NCBI GenBank assembly: GCA_964650525.1
Contig: CAZYUA010000005.1
Location: 48,436 to 112,435 of the forward strand
Direction of reading: 5' to 3'
Origin: an uncultured Prolixibacteraceae bacterium
Lineage (GTDB): Bacteria; Bacteroidota; Bacteroidia; Bacteroidales; Prolixibacteraceae
Length of the DNA: 64,000 bases
Shown here: piece by piece, positions 1-8,744 of the stretch
Layout: the number at the start of each line of letters is the position of its first letter
How positions within the stretch are numbered: the first letter of the stretch is position 1
Translations under genes and position numbers: made by a program
Notes under the pieces: model-generated
Told to the model about the DNA's origin: nothing
Seen by the model: only the letters and a program-made list of their open reading frames with translations
Database searches by the model: none

Positions 1-1032
1 GATGCCGCCTACCATATAATGGGCAGCCGGGGCAACAGGAATTTTATCCCGGGTCATGTCAAGGCCGTATTCGTTCAATTTCCGGCTGATGGTTCCAAAC
101 CGGTGGGTGATTTTTCCCGGGTCCAGGTGGCTAAGGGTGAGGTATACACATTCTTCACCCCTGGACTGCATTTCCCGGAAGATAGCATGAGCTACGACAT
201 CACGGGGAGCCAGCTCAGCCATCGGGTGTATCCCTTTCATAAACCGCTCGCCGGCACTGTTGAGTAACCACGCTCCTTCACCCCTGACTGCCTCGCTGAT
301 CAGAAAGGCATCATCCCCCGGCATGTAAAGGGCTGTGGGGTGAAACTGGATAAATTCCAGATCGGCAACCCTGGCTCCAGCCTGGTAGGCCAGGGCAATC
401 CCGTCACCGGTTGCGGTATGAGGGTTGGTAGAACGGCTGTACACCCTTGATAAACCACCCGTGGCCATGATAACTGCTTTAGCCCGGAAGAGAAGGTTCT
501 CACCCGTAAAAAAGTCGAGACCCTGGACTCCCGCCACACATCCCTCATGGACGAGAACCCTGACAACGGCAGTAAACTCAAAGGGGAAAATATTTTTCCT
601 TTGGGTCACCCGTTCCAGCAGGAAACGGGTCAGTTCCCGTCCGGTGGCATCACCTCCGGCATGCAGGATTCTTCTCCGGGAATGGCCACCCTCGAGCCCC
701 AGGAGTATTTTTCCCTCTTCATCCCTGTCGAACGGCATTCCGTCCCTGATCAGCTCCTGTACACGGTCCCGGCCCTCTCTGACCAGCACTTCCACAGCAT
801 CGTAATCACATAAACCGCGCCCTGCGGTAAGGGTATCCTGAATGTGTAAGCTTGTGGCATCATCTTCTGCCGTTACAGCTGCAATGCCACCCTGGGCAAA
901 CCATGAATTGCTGGTATCCAGTTCCGACTTGGTAACAATGGCTACCCGGCCATATACCGACGAATGATAAGCCGCGGCTAACCCTGCCAGACCGCTGCCA
1001 ATCACTATGGTGTCAAATTCCAGTTGCTTCAT
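1..1032 (-). CDS. nadB: L-aspartate oxidase, N-terminal 344 codons (C-terminus lies beyond the window start)
   Basis: Absent from the ORF track because it runs off the window. Manual translation from ATG at 1032..1030 gives MKQLEFDTIVIGSGLAGLAAA (FAD GxGxxG), AQGGIAA, RRILHAGGDATG, FIQFHPTAL, EAVRGEGA and PAAHYMVGGI. This is typical of the succinate dehydrogenase/fumarate reductase flavoprotein family, NadB branch. Confidence 0.85.
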   Translation of the reverse strand, partial: MKQLEFDTIVIGSGLAGLAAAYHSSVYGRVAIVTKSELDTSNSWFAQGGIAAVTAEDDATSLHIQDTLTAGRGLCDYDAVEVLVREGRDRVQELIRDGMPFDRDEEGKILLGLEGGHSRRRILHAGGDATGRELTRFLLERVTQRKNIFPFEFTAVVRVLVHEGCVAGVQGLDFFTGENLLFRAKAVIMATGGLSRVYSRSTNPHTATGDGIALAYQAGARVADLEFIQFHPTALYMPGDDAFLISEAVRGEGAWLLNSAGERFMKGIHPMAELAPRDVVAHAIFREMQSRGEECVYLTLSHLDPGKITHRFGTISRKLNEYGLDMTRDKIPVAPAAHYMVGGI

Positions 1033-1115
1033 GAACAGAATCCGTTAGATAGTCCAAAGGTAATATTTCATTTACGCTACACAAAACCACCCCCCTCTCA
1101 TCCAACCCCTTGTTC

Positions 1116-1448
1116 TTACTCTTCCCCGGGCAGATAGTCGGGACGGACGGGAGAAAAAATTTCTGTCAGATGGGTATCTTCCAGAACATCCACTTCATGG
1201 AAGACATTCTCGGGTATGCACCAGCTGTCTCCCGGGCCGGCCTCATGCCACTCCTCCCCGATATGAATTCTTATCTTGCCCGAAATCAGAAACCCTGTCT
1301 GCTCATACGGATGGTGGTGAAGAGGAAGCGTGTGCCCCCGGGTCAGCAAAAATTCACAAAGAAGGGTCCTCGGGCCATGAGCCAGCGGACGCATTCTGAC
1401 CCCGGAAAGGAGTTCCCGGTAAGTGTAACGGTCTTTTTTTGAAAACAT
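1116..1448 (-). CDS. cupin-fold protein (110 aa)
   Basis: His-rich cupin motif region GHTLPLHHHPYEQTGFLISGKIRIHIGEE followed by IPENVFHEV. Lies 6 nt downstream of the HAD gene on the same strand. Confidence 0.7.
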   Translation of the reverse strand: MFSKKDRYTYRELLSGVRMRPLAHGPRTLLCEFLLTRGHTLPLHHHPYEQTGFLISGKIRIHIGEEWHEAGPGDSWCIPENVFHEVDVLEDTHLTEIFSPVRPDYLPGEE

Positions 1449-1454
1449 ATGCGA

Positions 1455-2177
1455 TTAGTATGATTCAGGAATGGCTAAGATTTTTAAAACCTCCGGGAGC
1501 TGACTGATGGTTACAAAATGCCGGTCCGGCATCTCTTCCGGCGACAACTCCTCATGCAGCCAGGTGACAGCATAGGGAATATGAACGGCATATCCTCCCA
1601 GGCGAACGACAGGCAAGACATCCGAACGGATCGAATTCCCCACCATGAGGAACTGCCCGGGACGGATATCCATATGATCCAGCAGCTTCCGGTAATGTTC
1701 TTCCTTTTTGTCGCTCATGATCTCTATATGGTGAAAATACCCGGCAATACCTGAATTTCTCAGCTTGCGCTCCTGGTCCAGCAAATCCCCCTTGGTGGCA
1801 ACGATCAACCGGTAGTGACGGGCCAAAACACCCAATACCTCATGCACTCCCGGTAAAAGAGGATTTTTTTCAACGATCTGCGATTTGCCCAATTCCAGGA
1901 TACTGCCAATCTGGACAGGGGTGACCCTGCCCCCGGAAACCAGCAACGCCGTTTCAATCAGCGAGAGCGTGAAAGCCTTACAGCCGTAACCGTATAACGA
2001 CAGGTTGCCGGTTTCTACTTCATAAAGCTGCCGGTTTATTTCTTCCGGTGAAGCATATTCCGCCAGCAATCCGGAGAATTTTCTCTCCGTTTCACGGTAA
2101 AACGGTTCATTTACCCACAACGTGTCGTCGGCATCAAACCCGACAACCCTGACATTGGCAGGATCGAAATCTTTCAT
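1455..2177 (-). CDS. HAD-superfamily hydrolase
   Basis: N-terminal DxDxT nucleophile motif (VVGFDADDTLW), then VATKGD and MVGNSIRSDV blocks in HAD order. 240 aa. Confidence 0.75.
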   Translation of the reverse strand: MKDFDPANVRVVGFDADDTLWVNEPFYRETERKFSGLLAEYASPEEINRQLYEVETGNLSLYGYGCKAFTLSLIETALLVSGGRVTPVQIGSILELGKSQIVEKNPLLPGVHEVLGVLARHYRLIVATKGDLLDQERKLRNSGIAGYFHHIEIMSDKKEEHYRKLLDHMDIRPGQFLMVGNSIRSDVLPVVRLGGYAVHIPYAVTWLHEELSPEEMPDRHFVTISQLPEVLKILAIPESY

Positions 2178-2585
2178 ATTTCAACCGTTAAAGGGCCGAA
2201 AATAATCATTCTCAGGTGCCGATATCCTTTACGAAAGAAAAATCGGTATAGGAAGGAACCGGACCCTGCCTTCCTTAACCAAGTACAGGTTCATACCGTT
2301 GCCTATCAGGGATCTGAAACCAGGGGCAAGCCATGAACCCGGTTTCGCCGAAAGCATAGGGGATAAGACCTTCCTGCTTAAGCCCGAATTAGTCAGGGAC
2401 TTATTTCGTGTTCTGTTCACTTACCCCGTTCCGGTTCAATCGGGAGGGAATGTGCTCACTGGTTTTCAAGCGGGAAACTCTTGAAATGGGGGCCGCACGA
2501 ATAAAAACTGCGGATTGGAGTGAATAAGTGCACTAATTCTAAGAGTTAATTTTAATTTTAGGATCTATTAAAGAACTCGATCAGG

Positions 2586-4100
2586 ATGAGTACTACGAAA
2601 CTTGGGATAATTCCGGTCCTGCTGGTACTTGTGGGTGTTCTGCAAACACAGGCACAATCAGCCAGCCCGAAATATGAATTCAGGGGAGTTTGGGTAGCCA
2701 CTGTGAACAACATCGACTGGCCTTCACAACCGGGATTGCCGGTTGAAGAGCAAAAGCGGGAAATCAGGGAGTTGGTGGAACTTCACCATTCGCTGGGCAT
2801 GAACGCAGTAATTCTTCAGGTAAGGCCTTGTTCGGATGCGTTATATTCCTCGGCTCTGGAACCCTGGTCACGGTATCTTACGGGCACACCCGGCAGGTAT
2901 CCCTGGCCCTGGTATGACCCGCTGGATCTTTGGATTGAAGAATGCCACCAGCGCCAGATGGAGTTGCATGCATGGCTGAATCCCTACCGGGTGGCCCAGA
3001 ATGCCGGTGAACCCCTCGCCGGGAACCATCAAATCTTTTCCAAACCGGAATGGGCTGTCCTGTATGGCAACAAGCTCTATTTCGACCCGGGCATTCCCGG
3101 AACCCGCGATTATGTGACCTCCGTAGTCTGCGACCTGCTTAGAAGGTACGATCTTGACGGTATCCACATGGACGATTATTTTTACCCCTACCCTACCAGC
3201 CAGCCATTCCCTGACGACAGATCGTTTGCCAGGTACAACAGGGCTTTCAGGCCGGAAGACAAAAATTCGTGGCGGCGGGAAAATGTAGACATCCTGATTA
3301 AAATGATTCACGACTCCATCCGTTCCATCAAACCCTGGGTGAAATTCGGCATCAGTCCGTTTGGCATCTGGCGAAACCGTGCAGATGACCCCGAAGGATC
3401 TGCAACCAACGGGGGAATTACCAATTACGACCATTTATATGCCGATATCCTGAAGTGGCTCCGTAACGGCTGGATCGATTATGTAGCCCCCCAGGTCTAC
3501 TTTGAAACCGGCCATCCGTCAGCTGATTTCGAGACTCTGGTCAAGTGGTGGGATCACCACACTTACGGCCGTCAACTGTTTATTGGGTTGGCACCTTACA
3601 AAGTTTCAAAAAGCAGCACGGTAAAAGCATGGCAGAACCCCGGACAACTGCCCTCCCAACTGCGGATAACCCGCAAGTATCCCAATGTCTCAGGAACCAT
3701 CTTTTTCAGCAGTGTGCAGTTTAAAAAAAACCTGATGGGATTTCAGGACAGTCTGAAAAATCATTTTTACCGGTATCCGGCCTTCACCCCTCCCCACCAG
3801 TGGCCGGGATTTACCCCTCCTCCAACCCCGGGTAATGTTTCCGCCACCGGCAGGAGGGTCACCTGGGAAGCCCCTGGTGATGATACGGCTTTCCCACTGA
3901 AATTTGCCGTATATCTCAACGAAGCAGGCCAGCCTTTCGACCCGGGGAATCCGCGCACAATTGTTGCCATTACCAGGGAATACCGGGTCGACCTGGGAAA
4001 AATGGGGAAGAAGAAAAAACATTATGAAGTAAGGATTTCATCGCTCGACCGTTTTAACCATGAAAGTCCACCCTCCCCCCCTGTTACCATCCGTTTGTGA
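2586..4100 (+). CDS. GHL10 / DUF187 (YngK-like) glycoside-hydrolase-like secreted protein
   Basis: N-terminal signal peptide (LGIIPVLLVLVGVLQTQAQ). FRGVWVATVNNIDWPS, GMNAVILQVRP and ELHAWLNPYRV blocks are typical of the family 10-like (DUF187) TIM-barrel group. Confidence 0.8.
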   Translation: MSTTKLGIIPVLLVLVGVLQTQAQSASPKYEFRGVWVATVNNIDWPSQPGLPVEEQKREIRELVELHHSLGMNAVILQVRPCSDALYSSALEPWSRYLTGTPGRYPWPWYDPLDLWIEECHQRQMELHAWLNPYRVAQNAGEPLAGNHQIFSKPEWAVLYGNKLYFDPGIPGTRDYVTSVVCDLLRRYDLDGIHMDDYFYPYPTSQPFPDDRSFARYNRAFRPEDKNSWRRENVDILIKMIHDSIRSIKPWVKFGISPFGIWRNRADDPEGSATNGGITNYDHLYADILKWLRNGWIDYVAPQVYFETGHPSADFETLVKWWDHHTYGRQLFIGLAPYKVSKSSTVKAWQNPGQLPSQLRITRKYPNVSGTIFFSSVQFKKNLMGFQDSLKNHFYRYPAFTPPHQWPGFTPPPTPGNVSATGRRVTWEAPGDDTAFPLKFAVYLNEAGQPFDPGNPRTIVAITREYRVDLGKMGKKKKHYEVRISSLDRFNHESPPSPPVTIRL

Positions 4101-4227
4101 CAAGGCACAGGCCTCCTGCAAACCGGCACAAAACCAGAAGTTGCAACTCCCCTGCCGGCGGGCAAATGAAACCTGCGGAGGTCGGAAGGGTAACAATAAC
4201 CAAACCTGAAACTGCAGATACAATACC

Positions 4228-5241
4228 ATGAACAAGGATAACTGCAACCGGTTCCTGACAGCGGAAGAATTAAGCCGGTACGGCCAGACATGGTCGCTGT
4301 CAAAAAAGGCGATAGCCCTGGTTAACCAGCAGAGAGCCACCTGGGACCTTGCAGCAGCAAACTACCGGGCTCTGCAGCAGGCACAAACCCGGAATTTCAG
4401 CTTCGGCCATGTTCATATCGACGGCCAATTTAATCCCGGACGCATCCGCTCTTCTTCTGCCGACACTTCAGCCGGAGCGATTCTTGCCCGGCCTTGCTTC
4501 CTTTGTGCTGAAAACCGGCCTGAGCAACAATTTGGAATACCCTTACCCACCGGATTGATCCTTCTTGTCAACCCGTTTCCCATTTTTCCCTGCCATCTGA
4601 CCATCCCCTCCGACTTGCACACAAACCAGCAATTCAATGGAAATATCCCGGCTTTTTTACATTTATGCCGTTCGCTGGAGGAGTTCACGGTGTTTTATAA
4701 CGGACCGCGTTGCGGCGCTTCCGCACCAGACCATCTCCATTTCCAGGCAGCCATCAGAAATCAGCTGCCCATTGAAGAAGACCTGGAGCATCTCCTGGCC
4801 CATGATGCCTCCGTCCTATACGATCAACCGGAACTAACCATCTGCTCCATAGCTGACGGTCTGCGGAGGTTTCTGTATTTCAGCGCTTCAAGCGAAATCC
4901 TGCTTGCCGGAGCTCTTGATGGCGTTATCAATATCCTACAAACAGAACCTGATATTGAACCCATGTTCAATATAGTTGGTTGGTTTACTGAAGGAAAATG
5001 GCAGGTTTTGCTTTTCCCCCGTGCGGTGGCCCGGCCATGGCAGTACTATGCCGAAGATCGCTGGAAACTGCTGATCAGTCCTGCAGCAGTGGAACTGGCA
5101 GGCCTTGTTATTTTTCCGCGTGAAAGCGATTTTCAGAATATCACCCGTGAAGACCTTATCAGCATTTTCAGCCAGGTTACCGCAGGGGAAACGGAATTTG
5201 AACTATTGAAAAAACAGATTCCCGGGTCTGCTCCATGGTGA
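4228..5241 (+). CDS. DUF4922-type GalT/HIT-branch nucleotidyltransferase or phosphorylase-like protein
   Basis: HxHxQ motif APDHLHFQA (nt 4732-4746) plus an upstream CFLC knuckle (RPCFLCAENR), resembling the Zn-site DCFLCAGN and HPHGQ of galactose-1-phosphate uridylyltransferase. No signal peptide. Confidence 0.65.
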   Translation: MNKDNCNRFLTAEELSRYGQTWSLSKKAIALVNQQRATWDLAAANYRALQQAQTRNFSFGHVHIDGQFNPGRIRSSSADTSAGAILARPCFLCAENRPEQQFGIPLPTGLILLVNPFPIFPCHLTIPSDLHTNQQFNGNIPAFLHLCRSLEEFTVFYNGPRCGASAPDHLHFQAAIRNQLPIEEDLEHLLAHDASVLYDQPELTICSIADGLRRFLYFSASSEILLAGALDGVINILQTEPDIEPMFNIVGWFTEGKWQVLLFPRAVARPWQYYAEDRWKLLISPAAVELAGLVIFPRESDFQNITREDLISIFSQVTAGETEFELLKKQIPGSAPW

Positions 5242-5358
5242 TATGCCAGACTGAAGCCAGTCGTTTCAGACCAGGAATCTTCAAAAGGAATTTACTGGTT
5301 TTTAATTTTTTATGTACATTCGCCACAGCAGAAGACCTGACCTTTAGCCTTATTCTGA

Positions 5359-6702
5359 ATGAAAAAAGAACCTGTCCTGCATGTTGGGATTATGGTAGAT
5401 GACCGGATAGATTTTCATCTGGATACCGGATATCACCATGGAAACACCCCCCTCGAACATGGAAGTTATGCTGCCCGGATGCACAAAGGCAAAATAATCC
5501 TTGAGGGGCAGGGAGTCCTTATTATTGCAGAGGATGAGATTGTTTTGCTGCCCCTGTTCAAGACAAATGCCTTTTTACTGAAGAATGTGACGATCGGGAT
5601 CAATTTTCACTGGGAGCAAAAAGAAGATCAGCGATTTACGGGGGGTATCCGGTTTTTGCCCGAAGCCGGCAATGTCAGGGTGATCAATACCGTTTACCTG
5701 GAGGACTACCTGAAAAGTGTAATCTCAAGTGAAATGAGCGCCACCAGTTCTGCAGGGTTACTGAAAGCGCATGCAGTTATCTCGCGCAGCTGGCTGCTGG
5801 CCCAGTTACAGAAGAAAAACAAGATTCTGGTATCGGGGTTTTCCAGCCCGGCCAGTAAGGCAGAACCGGATGAAATTTCACGGTGGTACGACCGCGAAGA
5901 TCACCATCATTTTGATGTTTGTGCCGATGATCACTGCCAGCGTTACCAGGGGATCACCAAAATAATTTCTTCCCAGGCACTGGAAGCTGTGGAGGCCACA
6001 ACCGGAGAGGTGTTGACGGCAAATGACGAAATCTGCGACGCCCGTTTTTCCAAATGCTGCGGAGGCATCTCCGAAAATTTTGAAAATGTGTGGGAACCGG
6101 AACCCAAACCTTACCTTTCCGCCATCGTGGATGCAGCCCCTCCGGGCCGGAAACCCTCCATGGATCTGACCATGGAGAAAGGGGCAGAGACATGGATAAT
6201 GGGCTCACCGGAAGCCTTTTGCAATACCAGTGACCACAAAATCCTGGAACAGGTCCTCCCAGGATATGATCAGAAAACCCGGGATTTTTTCCGCTGGTCC
6301 GAGATCTATACACAGGAACAGATCTCCGGTCTCATTAAAAGCCGTTCGGGTATCGATTTCGGTGAGATTATCCGTCTGGAGCCGGTTCAACGGGGAGTAT
6401 CCGGAAGAATCGTCAGATTACGGATTGTGGGAAGCCTCAGAACCCTGATAATAGGCAAGGAGCTGGAAATCAGAAAATGGCTGTCGTCCACCCACCTGAA
6501 AAGTGCTGCCTTTACCGTTGAATACAAGAATATACAAGATAACATCCCTTCACAAATCATTCTCCACGGAGCCGGCTGGGGACACGGGGTAGGCCTTTGC
6601 CAGATCGGTGCTGCGGTGATGGGTGAAAAAGGGGTTGGGTACCGGGAGATTCTGAGCCACTATTTCACAGGTGCCAAAATCAGAAAAATATATAACCGCT
6701 GA
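5359..6702 (+). CDS. SpoIID/LytB domain protein
   Basis: YLEDYLKSVISSEMSATS, LKAHAVISRSW, FDVCADDHCQRYQG and GAGWGHGVGLCQIGAAVMGEKGVGYREILSHYFTG match the SpoIID/LytB (amidase-enhancer / lytic transglycosylase) signature order. The N-terminus has no hydrophobic signal segment. Confidence 0.85.
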   Translation: MKKEPVLHVGIMVDDRIDFHLDTGYHHGNTPLEHGSYAARMHKGKIILEGQGVLIIAEDEIVLLPLFKTNAFLLKNVTIGINFHWEQKEDQRFTGGIRFLPEAGNVRVINTVYLEDYLKSVISSEMSATSSAGLLKAHAVISRSWLLAQLQKKNKILVSGFSSPASKAEPDEISRWYDREDHHHFDVCADDHCQRYQGITKIISSQALEAVEATTGEVLTANDEICDARFSKCCGGISENFENVWEPEPKPYLSAIVDAAPPGRKPSMDLTMEKGAETWIMGSPEAFCNTSDHKILEQVLPGYDQKTRDFFRWSEIYTQEQISGLIKSRSGIDFGEIIRLEPVQRGVSGRIVRLRIVGSLRTLIIGKELEIRKWLSSTHLKSAAFTVEYKNIQDNIPSQIILHGAGWGHGVGLCQIGAAVMGEKGVGYREILSHYFTGAKIRKIYNR

Positions 6703-6788
6703 TAATCCATGAATAGAAGCTTGCTTCCGTCAGGATATCCGGATCGCCAATCCCGCTGCATTGCGGGCATATCTTAATTTTTCCTGTC

Positions 6789-8663
6789 ATGAACCTTTTA
6801 AGGAGACCTTTACCCGGACGGAAAAGGCCCCGCTTTACCGGGATCTGTAAAGTCATCATCGGCCTGATCACCGCAGGTAGTTGTCTCTCACCTGCCAATC
6901 CCTTGCCTCCACCCGCTTCCTCCTGGATCAGGATCAATCAGCTCGGATATCTCCCCGCATCGGTAAAAGTTGCCGTATTCCTGTCGGAAGAAACCAACCA
7001 CGTGAACCGGTTCAGGGTGGAGGAAGAAAAGACAGGCAAAACCGTGTTCAAAGGGATAGTCCGTGAAGAAGACGGTTCGGTCTGGGGAATGCGGACAGCC
7101 TTACGACTCGACTTTTCTGCTTTGAAAACACCTGGCTTGTACCGCCTCCGCCTTGGGAAAACCCTTTCTCCCCCTTTCCCGGTTAACCGGCAGGTCTATA
7201 AGGGAAGTGCCTCTGTTTTGCTGACCTACCTGCGTCAGCAGCGGTGTGGTTTTAATCCCTGTTTCAAGGATTCCTGCCACCTCTTCGATGGGTTTATCGC
7301 AGACCACCTCCTCAGGGAAGGTGAAATAATCGATGTCACCGGTGGGTGGCATGATGCGAGCGACTACCTTCAGTATACCGCAACCTCCGCCCATGCGGTC
7401 TACCAGTTGCTGCTGGCATGGAGTCAGCATCCCGGGGTATATGGTGATGAATTCCTGGCCAACGGTTTATCCGGACTAAACGGCATTCCCGATATTCTCG
7501 ATGAAGCCATCTGGGGACTGGAATGGTTGCTGAAAATGAATCCTGCCTTCGGAGAAATGTATAACCAGATTGCCGATGACCGCGACCACAGGGGATTTCG
7601 CCTTCCTGCGTATGATACGGTTTCCTATGGCAACGGTCGCTACCGGCCGGTGTACCATGTTACCGGAAAGCCACAGGGTCTTTCAGAATGGAAAAACCGG
7701 ACAACGGGAGTATCGTCGGTAGCGGGAAAATTTGCCGCTGCCTTTGCCCTGGGATCCCGGATCCTGGCATCCACCAGCGATTCTCTGGCCACCCTGCTCC
7801 GCCTGAAAGCCGAAGAAGCTTACCGCTACGGGTTGACCGACCCCGGAGCCACTCAGACCGCCTGCTTCTCTTCACCCTATTTTTATGAGGAAGACAACTG
7901 GGTTGACGATATGGAACTGGCAGCTGCTGAACTGTTTAAACTCACCGGAGAAAAGCGCTACTTTAAAGAAGCCTGCCTGTGGGGCCAGGCAGAAACAGTT
8001 TCTCCCTGGATGGTGTTGAACTATGCCAGGCATTACCAGTTTTATCCTTTCCTGAACCTCGGACACAGGCATCTCGCCTCCTCAGAAGAGCCTTCCATCA
8101 GACAACAATTTTCCGGATACTGGAAAGAGGGTCTGGAAGCCATCCGCAAAAGAGCGGAAAAGGATCCTTTCCGGGTGGGCATCCCTTTTATCTGGTGTTC
8201 CAACAACCTGGTTTCGGCTGCTGTAACCCAGGCTCGTATGTACATGGAGATCACTGGAGACCCGACCTATGAGGAGATGGAGGCGGCTCTCCGAGATTGG
8301 TTGCTGGGGTGCAATCCCTGGGGAACCTCTATGATTTGCGGTCTGCCGGCAACCGGTGACTCCCCCGTTCGCCCCCACTCCTCCCTCACCTTCCTGACAG
8401 GCAGGAATACAACAGGGGGATTGGTCGACGGACCGGTCTATCCCAGCATCTTCCAGAACCAAATCGGGAACATTCTTCTGGAAGAGGATGTTTATCCCCG
8501 GTTCCAGGGCGGAATAGCAGTTTACCACGACGATATCGGCGATTACACTTCGAACGAACCCACCATGGACGGAACCGCCTCCCTGAGCTGGTATTTTTCG
8601 TGGCTGGAAAGCCAGGGCCTCATGGTGGATCCTGCCGCGCCCGGTCTCCAGAAACCCCGGTAA
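6789..8663 (+). CDS. glycoside hydrolase family 9 with N-terminal Ig-like (CelD_N-type) domain
   Basis: GH9 signatures DVTGGWHDASDYLQY and YHDDIGDYTSNEPTMDGTA. The N-terminal IRINQLGYLP...FRVEEEKTGKTVFKG region resembles the Ig-like module preceding GH9 catalytic domains. Hydrophobic N-terminus with Cys (LITAGSC). Confidence 0.85.
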   Translation: MNLLRRPLPGRKRPRFTGICKVIIGLITAGSCLSPANPLPPPASSWIRINQLGYLPASVKVAVFLSEETNHVNRFRVEEEKTGKTVFKGIVREEDGSVWGMRTALRLDFSALKTPGLYRLRLGKTLSPPFPVNRQVYKGSASVLLTYLRQQRCGFNPCFKDSCHLFDGFIADHLLREGEIIDVTGGWHDASDYLQYTATSAHAVYQLLLAWSQHPGVYGDEFLANGLSGLNGIPDILDEAIWGLEWLLKMNPAFGEMYNQIADDRDHRGFRLPAYDTVSYGNGRYRPVYHVTGKPQGLSEWKNRTTGVSSVAGKFAAAFALGSRILASTSDSLATLLRLKAEEAYRYGLTDPGATQTACFSSPYFYEEDNWVDDMELAAAELFKLTGEKRYFKEACLWGQAETVSPWMVLNYARHYQFYPFLNLGHRHLASSEEPSIRQQFSGYWKEGLEAIRKRAEKDPFRVGIPFIWCSNNLVSAAVTQARMYMEITGDPTYEEMEAALRDWLLGCNPWGTSMICGLPATGDSPVRPHSSLTFLTGRNTTGGLVDGPVYPSIFQNQIGNILLEEDVYPRFQGGIAVYHDDIGDYTSNEPTMDGTASLSWYFSWLESQGLMVDPAAPGLQKPR

Positions 8664-8744
8664 CCCCTGTAACAAACAATCGTTACCTTTCTGTCAAGCT
8701 ATTCTTTTTGTTATGAATACGGAAACCAAACTAACACAGACACC

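Noticed and set aside
2178-2585. Known housekeeping ncRNA (RNase P RNA, tmRNA, SRP RNA or 6S) in the long intergenic region
   Set aside because: There is no GGAAAGTCCGGGC-type RNase P core, no tRNA-like acceptor/T-arm with a CCA end for tmRNA, and no GGAA-tetraloop SRP domain IV motif. The resemblances were only short GC-rich strings.
8082-8675. 197-aa minus-strand ORF
   Set aside because: In-phase shadow of the GH9 C-terminal half, which contains the second GH9 signature.
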